Of a stretch of 64,000 nucleotides of DNA, positions 56,003 to 64,000 are shown piece after piece. Numbering within the stretch: the stretch's first letter is position 1; each line of letters opens with the position of its first letter. The stretch spans positions 2,243 through 66,242 of IMG/VR virus record IMGVR_UViG_3300046167_000709; one strand, 5' to 3'. Source of the DNA: a virus. Lineage: Duplodnaviria > Caudoviricetes. The notes under the pieces are model-generated. The model was not told the DNA's origin, searched no databases, and worked only from the letters and a program-made list of their open reading frames with translations. The position numbers were made by a program, and so were the translations under genes.

Positions 56003-56095
56003 AACAAGACTTTAACGAGTGGATGGCAAGCATAGGTAATATATACTACGCCGATAACAGGCTAATGTCACAAGCTTTTGAAAAACTAGAAGATT

Positions 56096-56859
56096 ATGAA
56101 GAAATATAATGTACCAAATTACGTAAGATATAAAAACGATGTTAAAACATCAATAGCAAATCTTGAAGGTAAAATGTGGGACGAATATACTCGTGACGAA
56201 CTTATAATAAAGTTTATGCCTCTTGTAGAAAATCTAGCACGTAAGTTTTCAACTACGCAGCAAGCGTCAGGGGTTTTAAGTATTAATGATTTATTGCAGA
56301 TAGGTAATGAAGGTTTGATTAAAGCTGTAGACAAGCTTGACTGGGAAATGCTAAATGAATCTGAAGATATTGAAAAGACATTAAAATCATTTTTCAGTAA
56401 ACGTATAAAAGGTAATATAAGACGTAGAATTGATATGATGCGTGGCGATATACGTATACCAGAGCATAAGCTAAATGAAATACGTAAAAACCCAAAAGAC
56501 AAAGTTATGGTTGCTATGTTTTTTAATTCAGTGTTTTTAAGTATCGATGCTCAAGTTACTAACGATGATGAAGATAATATGATGCATCAAATACCTGATA
56601 AATCAGAGCCATATAATATACAGTTAATGAATGTGTATTTAAAAGGTTTAATGCAGAAGCATTTAACTGGTAATGAATACGAAGTGTTGAGACTAAGTTA
56701 CGGTTTAGACTGTGACAAAGCACTCAGCTAAAGAAATTGCTAGCATCTTAAATATAAACGGTGTTAGCTCTTATGTACGAGTATCTGAGCTTAAAAAAGC
56801 AAGCGGTACAGAAATTAATTGACAATGTAGATCACTCGCAAGTGCTTGATATATTGTAA
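56096..56859 (+). CDS. Phage RNA polymerase sigma-70-family factor (frameshifts in region 4)
   Basis: LIIKFMPLVENLARKF...DLLQIGNEGLIKAVDK (region 2), IRIPEH, VLRLSYGL then ..KEIA.. in the shifted frame (region 4). Confidence 0.88.
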
Positions 56860-56900
56860 GTTAAATGTAAATCAATAACCAAATATGTAATTATAATAGT

Positions 56901-57426
56901 ATGACCTTAAACGAAAAGTTAGCAACAATTCAGACAAAGTTTAAATCGAAAAAAAGTAGATTTAACTCATTCGGCAAATACAACTTCCGGTCGGCCGAAG
57001 ACATTCTCGAAGCAACAAAGCCCTTTCTATTAGAGTTAGGAGTATCAGTGACTATTCAAGAAATGTTGGAAGAAATAGCTGGTTTGCCTATAATGGCATC
57101 AACCTGCTATATTGAGTGACGGTGAGAGTGAAATGTCAGCTACAGCTATAGTTGGAGTTGATCTAAATCAAAAAGGTATGAACGTACCTCAGCAGTTTGG
57201 ATCAGCATCTAGTTACGCTAAAAAGTATGCGCTTGGAAATTTATTTCTAATCGATGATACAGCAGACAGTGATGCGACAAACACTCACGGTAAAGGTAAA
57301 GCAGCCAAACCTAAGTTAGAAGGAGCTGCATTAACGAAAGCAAAAGCTTTCATCAAGTCAGGTGGTAGTCTAGAAGCTATTAAGAAAAAGTATGATATAC
57401 CAGCTGCAACATTAAAAACGTTATAA
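56901..57426 (+). CDS. ERF-family ssDNA annealing protein (frameshift near 57110)
   Basis: NSFGKYNFRSAEDILEATKP; QQFGSASSYAKKYALGNLFLIDDTADSDA. Confidence 0.85.
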
Positions 57427-58157
57427 TGAAGAGAAAAGATGAGTTAAACAAGTTGAGAGAAGATGAACATTACTATGGTAAGTTTGGAAAACAATTCCTA
57501 AGTAATTCAGATATCTCGACCTTATTAACAAATCCTTTGGCGCTAGGGAAACCAATGAAACCGATCCCTGCATTCCTAGTTGGAGGCTATTTTCATACAG
57601 CTATTCTTGAACCACATAAGCTCAAGAACTTTAAGATAATAGAAACAACGACTAGGAATACCAAAGCGTACAAAGAGATCTCAGACGGAGAGCTTTGCTT
57701 ATTACAACACGAAGTAGATCAAACAGAGTTACTAGTAGACAAAATGATGTCTAATGAAATCTGTAGAAATTTAATACGTGGTGAGAACGTAGAGTACGAA
57801 GTACCTGGGATTGCTGAAATATTCGGTAACCAATGGAAAGGTAAAGCAGATATTGTTAATCACGATGAGAAGTTAGTCATTGATTTAAAAACAACTGCAG
57901 ATATTTCTAAGTTTCAATATTCAGCATCAAAGTACAATTACAACAGTCAAGCTTATATATACCAAAAGCTGTTTGGTTATGAAATGATCTTTATGGTCAT
58001 AGATAAAAACACACATCAAATAGGTATATATGACTGTTCTGATAAGTTCCTTTCTTATGGAGAGGAAAAAGTTCAGCAAGCAAGTGAAGCTTACAATTTA
58101 TTTTTTAAAAACCCGGACTTTAAACCGGAAAATTATTTTATTAACAAAACCCTATAA
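57426..58157 (+). CDS. RecE/exonuclease VIII-like PD-(D/E)XK nuclease
   Basis: LSNSDI, GGYFHTAILEP, KGKAD...IDLKTT, YNYNSQAYIY. Confidence 0.85.
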   Translation: MKRKDELNKLREDEHYYGKFGKQFLSNSDISTLLTNPLALGKPMKPIPAFLVGGYFHTAILEPHKLKNFKIIETTTRNTKAYKEISDGELCLLQHEVDQTELLVDKMMSNEICRNLIRGENVEYEVPGIAEIFGNQWKGKADIVNHDEKLVIDLKTTADISKFQYSASKYNYNSQAYIYQKLFGYEMIFMVIDKNTHQIGIYDCSDKFLSYGEEKVQQASEAYNLFFKNPDFKPENYFINKTL

Positions 58158-58159
58158 TT

Positions 58160-58472
58160 ATGGCAAGTATTATTAAAGCAAGTATTAACTTAAATGAAAT
58201 CCCAAAGGATAAAATTTATGTTGGCAAAAAAAGGTAAGTATTTACCTATTACAATTACCCTAAACGATGAAGTAGATAACTACGGAAATCAAGGACCAGT
58301 TGTAGTTGAGCAGACTAAAGAAGAAAGAGAGGCTAAAGCGCCTAAAACTTATTTAGGTAATGTCAAAGTAGTATGGACTAATGGAGACAACGTTGCAGCA
58401 GCGCCTCGCGATGGTCAACCTCAACAAGCAGCAGCGGCAGTACCAGAGCCTGCAGATGATCTACCGTTCTAA
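58160..58472 (+). CDS. Probable single-stranded DNA-binding protein (frameshift near 58230)
   Basis: MASIIKASINL...GKYLPITI...YLGN and acidic DDLPF tail. Confidence 0.7.
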
Positions 58473-58582
58473 TGCTCTATATGTGTGAGATGTGCGCTGA
58501 GGATATGTCTAAAGAAGATCACGACTTCTGCGATATATGTCCTAAGTGCTTAGAAGAATGGTAACAAATTAAATTAAATTAA

Positions 58583-60292
58583 ATGCAGACAACAGAGATC
58601 AATGGATTTTTGATTGACGAGTTCAATCAACATAAGCTTGAAGAGGGAAAAAAGCAGGGTATATGTCCTCTTTGTTCTCACGATAGAAAACCCAAGAATC
58701 AAAAGGCAAAATGCGCGTCTTATGATTGGGATCGGGGTCTCGGTACTTGTCACAACTGTAATACATCATTTCAACTACATACGTATCAGCGTAAAGGTGC
58801 TAGCGAAAAGGTATATGTAAGACCTGCAGAGGTCGTAGCATAATCCTCCAGCTAGCAAAGTAGTTGAGTGGTTTAAAACTAGGGGAATATCTCAGCAAAC
58901 TCTCACTGATCTTAAGATTAGTGAGGGTCCTGAGTATATGCCTCAGACCGGTAAAACCGAGAACGTTATAAAGTTTAATTACTTCATGGGCGATCAACTT
59001 ATCAATGTTAAGTATCGCGATGGACGAAAGAACTTTAAATTATATAAGGGTGCTGAAAAAGTATTCTATAATATAAACAGTATAATAGGTTATGAGTATT
59101 GTGTTATTGTTGAAGGTGAAATGGATGTGCTTGCGCTACACGAAGCTGGAATCACAAATGCAATATCAGTTCCAAACGGAGCTACATTAAATAGCAATAA
59201 CCTTGATTACTTAGATGCTTGTATAGATTATTTCGATGACAAAGAAAAAATTATATTAGCTGTAGACACAGACGAGGCTGGTATAGCTTTACAGACAGAG
59301 CTAGTTAGAAGACTAGGATCTGAAGTATGCTACTTAGCATCGTTTGAAGATTGTAAAGATGCAAATGAATATTTACAAAAGTATGGAAAAGAAAAACTAT
59401 CAGAGCGTATTTCGGGAGCAAGACCAGTACCGCTTGAGAATGTTACAACATTCAGGGATATTGAAGATGAAGTTACCGACTTTGTTAAGAATGGCTTTAA
59501 ACCAGGATTTCAAGTTGGCTTGGAAAATTTTGATGATATCTTTTCAACTTACACTGGTCAATTCATTACTGTTACTGGTATTCCTAGTTCCGGTAAGAGT
59601 GATTTCGTCGATCAGATGGTTGTCGGATATAATAATAACTACGGATGGAAAACAGCTTTTGCGTCGCCAGAAAATGTACCGACTTATTTACACGCTCATA
59701 AGCTAATGCGTAAGCATTGGCAAGGTATGCCAACTAGAGATGATATAACGGTGAGAAATGGAATCAAGTAGCGGATCACTGTAATACTAACTACTTTCAT
59801 ATTGACATGGAACGTTACACGCTTGAGTCAGTACTTAGAAAAGGTGCTGAGCTTGTTAAGCGTAAAGGTATTAAATGCTTGGTCATTGATCCATTTAATA
59901 AGGTTAGAGACATTGATTGTAAAACTGAAGACGTTAATCGTTATACTATGGAGTACTTAAGCAAGATCGAGATCTTTGCTAAAAAGTACGATGTATTAGT
60001 ATTCATAGTTGCTCACCCAACTAAAATGTATAAGACACAGGACGGTAAAATCGAAGAGCCTACAATGTACAACATTAAAGGTGGTGGCGAATGGTATGAT
60101 GCTAGTTATCACGGTATACTAGTTCACAGAGATTATGAGCAAAAAACAGTTAAAGCTAAAGTTTTAAAAGTTAAGTTTCAAAACCTTGGTGAAAACGGTG
60201 CTGAAGCTCATTTTAAATGGGAACCAAAGTCAGGTTGTTTTGTACCTCACGAGCAGATAAACTTAGCTGGTGAAAAAATGCCATGGGAATAA
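58583..60292 (+). CDS. T7 gp4/Twinkle-like primase-helicase (frameshifts near 58840 and 59745)
   Basis: Zn ribbon CPLC...CHNC; TOPRIM VEGEMD, DTDEAG, CKDANE; Walker A GIPSSGKS; VIDPFN, VAHPTK. Confidence 0.92.
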
Positions 60293-60535
60293 ATGGCTAA
60301 AAGTAAAGGTATAAACATGGGCGAATATCTAGCTACGCCTGAAGAGTGGAACGCATATAGATGGTGTATAAGAAATGCTATACACATTGCGCCTAAAGCT
60401 TTAACAGAAGCTAGATGGACAATTACAATAACAAATAAAGGAATAACTAATCAAGACCCTGAAAGCTACACGAAGGTAGTTATTTGGGAGACAGTCTTTA
60501 AATACTACAAACATTATTATGACAAATATAACTAA
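60293..60535 (+). CDS. Hypothetical protein
   Basis: 80-aa ORF between the helicase and the TS-like gene. Confidence 0.6.
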   Translation: MAKSKGINMGEYLATPEEWNAYRWCIRNAIHIAPKALTEARWTITITNKGITNQDPESYTKVVIWETVFKYYKHYYDKYN

Positions 60536-61175
60536 CGCAGAATTTAAAACTGCTAGTGAAGCTTATAATTGGCTTTTTCCTAAAATACTTTGGGACGGAG
60601 TTGACTTCGGCGACACTAAAGCTTTGTTTAATGTAGGGTTTACAATACTAGATCCTACAGACAAAGTTATTCATAACAAGAACCGTAAGTGGAATGCTGA
60701 GTACGCAGAAGCTGAATGGCAATGGTATTTATCCGGTGATCCTAGCATTGAAAAGCTTGGTGATATATACGGTAAAGTACCTCAGATATGGAAACGTATG
60801 GCTGATAGCTTAGGTAATGTAAGATCTAATTACGGCTGGCAATGGCAAAGACAAGATCAAATAGATAAAGTTGTAGCAACGCTAAAAGACAACCCGCAAA
60901 CTAGACAAGCAGCAATAAGTATATATGACGGTAAAGAAATTGATACATATAGAAACGATACACCGTGTACGTATGCTGTTCAGTTTACTGTACTAGACAA
61001 TAAGCTTAATATGTCTGTCTATATGCGTTCTAATGATCTCTGGTACGGCTTCTGCAACGATCAGTATCAATTTGCATCATTGCAAGAATTAATTGCAGAG
61101 AGGACAGGATACGAGGTTGGTACTTATTACCATCACGCACATAATCTACATCTGTATAACAATAAAATAACTTAA
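60519..61175 (+). CDS. Thymidylate synthase family enzyme with a dCMP hydroxymethylase-like signature
   Basis: TRQA, catalytic PCT, MRSNDLWYGFCND, NLHLY. Confidence 0.85.
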   Translation: MTNITNAEFKTASEAYNWLFPKILWDGVDFGDTKALFNVGFTILDPTDKVIHNKNRKWNAEYAEAEWQWYLSGDPSIEKLGDIYGKVPQIWKRMADSLGNVRSNYGWQWQRQDQIDKVVATLKDNPQTRQAAISIYDGKEIDTYRNDTPCTYAVQFTVLDNKLNMSVYMRSNDLWYGFCNDQYQFASLQELIAERTGYEVGTYYHHAHNLHLYNNKIT

Positions 61176-61176
61176 T

Positions 61177-61947
61177 ATGTATTATTTATACCACATACCT
61201 GGTAAAAAGATCGGCGTTACACGTAATCTTAGAACTAGGGTAACCCTTATGCAAGGCTATAAGGAGGGTGAGTATGAAGTTCTTGAACAGTCAGACGATA
61301 TAGATTATATATCAGACCGTGAAATAGAACTTCAAAAGTCTTATGGCTACAAGAGAGACAGAACATTATATAAAAATCTATTCAAATTAAATATGAAAGT
61401 AAATCCAACAGAGCAAACAAGCACGTTTCCAGTGCCAATTAATAAATTAAAAGGTAACTTATTAGATAACTTAGGTATGGAGTGGAAAACTCCAGAATAC
61501 AGTTTTAAGCTACAAAAAGAGCATATACCTTGGATATTAGCTAACGCTCGAACCTCGATGTTTAATGATAATCGAAGCTACATTTACAACAAGGCTTTTT
61601 ATGAAGCCTTTTTTAATCAAGATCATAATCCACCAAAGCAAGTTAATTTAACTAATTATTTTCCTTTAATTAGAAACTGGGCTCAAGATCGCGGTATATA
61701 TGATAAAGGTAATTCACATACGCAATATGTTAAGCTTATGGAAGAAGCCGGTGAATTAGCTGAAGCATTACTTAAGAATGATAAGTATGAAATAAAAGAT
61801 GCTATTGGCGATATGGTTGTAGTTCTAACAAATCTAGCTGTATTAGAAGGTATGCAAATTGAAAACTGTATTGAATCAGCGTACAACGAAATAGCTAACC
61901 GTAAGGGTAAAATGGAAAATGGAACATTTGTAAAACAGACATTATAA
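61177..61947 (+). CDS. Fusion of a GIY-YIG-like N-terminus and a MazG-like NTP pyrophosphohydrolase
   Basis: YYLYHI..KKIGVTRNLRTRV...E at the N-terminus; KLMEEAGELAEA...DAIGDMVVVL at the C-terminus. Confidence 0.75.
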   Translation: MYYLYHIPGKKIGVTRNLRTRVTLMQGYKEGEYEVLEQSDDIDYISDREIELQKSYGYKRDRTLYKNLFKLNMKVNPTEQTSTFPVPINKLKGNLLDNLGMEWKTPEYSFKLQKEHIPWILANARTSMFNDNRSYIYNKAFYEAFFNQDHNPPKQVNLTNYFPLIRNWAQDRGIYDKGNSHTQYVKLMEEAGELAEALLKNDKYEIKDAIGDMVVVLTNLAVLEGMQIENCIESAYNEIANRKGKMENGTFVKQTL

Positions 61948-62303
61948 TGAAGATAAAAACTAAAGATGAAATAGTACTAAAAGTACTAAAGAAGATGGAT
62001 CAACGTAGTCTTGTTGGTCAAGAAAAGTACGGAGCTACAATGATGGAAGAGATTGAGGGCGAAGAAAAAGATCTTAATAGGTTTTTAATTGACGTTCAAG
62101 AAGAATTAATGGATGCTTTGTTATATATTGAAGCTGCTAAGCGATGCTTGTCAGATGAGATTGAACAGGCTATGATTAATAGAAATAATATCATTGGTCA
62201 AAACGGTAACGATGGTTTACATTACGATGAAGATCACGCGTTAGATATAGTTTTAAATGATATGGTTAAAGACATAGAAGTAAATGAAGAGACTACCCTA
62301 TAA
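61947..62303 (+). CDS. Second all-alpha NTP-pyrophosphohydrolase-like protein
   Basis: RSLVGQEKYG...QEELMDALLY acidic helix motif. Confidence 0.55.
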   Translation: MKIKTKDEIVLKVLKKMDQRSLVGQEKYGATMMEEIEGEEKDLNRFLIDVQEELMDALLYIEAAKRCLSDEIEQAMINRNNIIGQNGNDGLHYDEDHALDIVLNDMVKDIEVNEETTL

Positions 62304-62745
62304 AAAACGAAGTAGAAAAAAAGGTCCAGTGCAGTCGAAGAAGGTGTCATATGATGGCATCAACTTCGCCTCAGGGCTAGAACGTTATATGTATATGGCT
62401 TTAAAAAAAGCTAAAATAAAATCTAAATATGAAGGAGAAACTTTTGTTTTGCTTAATGGTTTTCATTTTGAAAACGAAGTATATGAAAGACAAGCTAATG
62501 GTAAAGGTGAATACAAAAATAGAGGTTGTAAGAGAATACTTCCTATTAAATACACTCCTGATTTTATTGGCGATGGTTTTATTATAGAAACTAAAGGTCG
62601 TGCAAACGAAAGTTTTCCAATGCGTTGGAAGTTATTTAAACAATTAATTGTTAGGCAATTTCCAAATGTAACATTATACAAACCACAAAATCAAAAAGAA
62701 TGCGACGAGACAGTAAGCATAATCCTTTCGAAGCAAAAAGGATAG
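62284..62745 (+). CDS. T7 endonuclease I-like Holliday junction resolvase
   Basis: FASGLE...YE...KYTPDF...IIETKG. Confidence 0.82.
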   Translation: MKRLPYKKRSRKKGPVQSKKVSYDGINFASGLERYMYMALKKAKIKSKYEGETFVLLNGFHFENEVYERQANGKGEYKNRGCKRILPIKYTPDFIGDGFIIETKGRANESFPMRWKLFKQLIVRQFPNVTLYKPQNQKECDETVSIILSKQKG

Positions 62746-63184
62746 CTAGACAGAAGTATGCCGAGCGTCAAATTGAAAAGTTTGTTAAATGGAGCTGGGA
62801 AATACGAGGTAAAGTAAAGTACAATGAATTAGTAGAATTACAAGAAGAATATAAAATAAAAGTTTATGGATAAAGAAGAAAACAAACCATTATGGTCAAT
62901 TGAACTAGGATTTTACCCTGGAATAGTAATAGGCGCTAGGACATATCCTGAGCCTGATCGAACAACTCACGTGTTGTATATTCCATTTATAGACATTGCG
63001 TTAACTATTTATAAATAATGGAGCAAGATGTAGAAACACAATTCCACACGATAGACCTGTTTATACGGTCTGTTTTAGACGATATGGATAAAGTATCAAA
63101 GTCCACGCGAAAGATCGATATAATGGCTTATATTGATTCCTGGAAGACTGAATTAAAGACTGTACAACACATAATAAATTTATA

Positions 63185-64000
63185 ATGGGATTATTTGATG
63201 AAAGAGTAGCTTATAAACCTTTTGAGTACCCTGAGTACTACACAGAAGGTTGGCTAAAACAAGCACAGGCATTTTGGTTGCACACCGAAATATCGATGCA
63301 AAGTGATATTAAAGATTGGAACGAAAAATTAGATGATAAAGAAAAAAACCTGGTCGGTAACATTTTACTCGGCTTTGCACAGACGGAGTGCGCGGTATCG
63401 GATTATTGGACACAGAAAGTAGTTGGTTGGTTTCCTAAGCACGAGATACAACAAATGGCTATGATGTTTGGGTCACAAGAAACTATTCACGCTGTAGCGT
63501 ATAGTTATTTAAACGAAACATTAAAACTAGAAGACTATGAAGCATTTTTACATGAGCCTGCTACGGCTGCTCGTTTTGATAACCTTGTTGCTTACGATGG
63601 CAATGATCCAATTGGCATTGCTAAGTCGCTTGCTGTCTTCTCTGCATTCGCTGAAGGAGTTAGTTTGTATTCTGCTTTTGCAGTGCTTTATTCTTTTCAG
63701 CTACGCAATTTGCTTAAAGGTATTGGACAGCAAATGAAATGGTCTGTAAGAGATGAAAGCTTGCACAGTAAAATGGGTTGTAAACTATTTCGCGATATGT
63801 GCAGTGAAAATGGGCAATTGCTGAACTTATGTCGAGAAGATATAATAAAAGCTGCAGATACTATGATTAAACTAGAAACTAAATATATTGACAAAATGTT
63901 TGAAGCTGGTGATATCGAAGGTATATCAGCTAATGATTTAAAACATTTTATAAAAAAGAGAACAAATGAAAAACTTGTGGAACTTGGTTACGTTGACTTG
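63185..64000 (+). CDS. nrdB: Ribonucleotide reductase class I beta subunit, 5' part (continues at the window start, ends at 771)
   Basis: MGLFDERVAYKPFEYP...AFWLHTEI...FAQTECAVSDYW, in frame with ORF 73-771 through the repeat. Confidence 0.95.
   Translation, partial: MGLFDERVAYKPFEYPEYYTEGWLKQAQAFWLHTEISMQSDIKDWNEKLDDKEKNLVGNILLGFAQTECAVSDYWTQKVVGWFPKHEIQQMAMMFGSQETIHAVAYSYLNETLKLEDYEAFLHEPATAARFDNLVAYDGNDPIGIAKSLAVFSAFAEGVSLYSAFAVLYSFQLRNLLKGIGQQMKWSVRDESLHSKMGCKLFRDMCSENGQLLNLCREDIIKAADTMIKLETKYIDKMFEAGDIEGISANDLKHFIKKRTNEKLVELGYVDL
63383..64000. repeat. Terminal direct repeat / circular overlap, copy 2
   Basis: Matches 1-618 except G306>T63688, T319>C63701, C387>T63769. Confidence 0.97.

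Noticed and set aside
53633-60292. Frameshifts in ligase, glycosylase, sigma, ERF, SSB and primase-helicase as pseudogenes or programmed frameshifting
   Set aside because: They are many, scattered, apparently single-base and in likely essential genes with intact motifs on both sides (also near 5106, 14390, 15140 and 35205). Sequencing/consensus indel error is the simplest explanation; read polishing would decide.
1-64000. Stop-codon reassignment as in some crAss-like phages
   Set aside because: Long ORFs are intact in the standard code, the breaks I examined are frame changes rather than in-frame TAG/TGA, and no suppressor tRNA is seen.

Overview
The window looks like one complete, circularly permuted dsDNA tailed-phage genome of about 63,382 bp: bases 1-618 recur at 63383-64000, with three synonymous differences. 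The short-tail (podovirus/crAss-like) morphogenesis module, AT-rich leaders without Shine-Dalgarno motifs and Bacteroidota-style RNA signals suggest a Bacteroidota/Flavobacteriia host (inference). The minus strand (~3.0-46.7 kb) carries lysis genes, small basic proteins, a 2849-aa polyvalent virion protein, tail, capsid, portal and terminase genes, GroEL/GroES and tail fibres. The plus strand (~47-64 kb, continuing to 1-3 kb) carries an AT-rich early region of small ORFs, then DNA ligase, an HTH protein, a sigma-70-like factor, ERF/RecE/SSB, primase-helicase, a thymidylate-synthase-family/MazG cluster, endonuclease I and class I RNR. No DNA polymerase is recognisable. Several conserved genes are broken by apparent single-base indels, probably sequencing error. 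The most unusual signals are: (1) a 78-nt tmRNA reduced to its tRNA-like domain (G3-U alanine identity, no tag ORF), lying among other tRNA-derived or structured RNAs; (2) eight bipartite early promoter-like repeats and a possible sigma-region-2-like segment inside the giant virion protein; (3) a dispersed 42-44 bp TGACA...TGTCA palindrome family, one copy covering the start of an HTH gene; (4) a dCMP-hydroxymethylase-type active-site signature beside two MazG-like genes; (5) a tandem-GroES protein in addition to GroEL/GroES.
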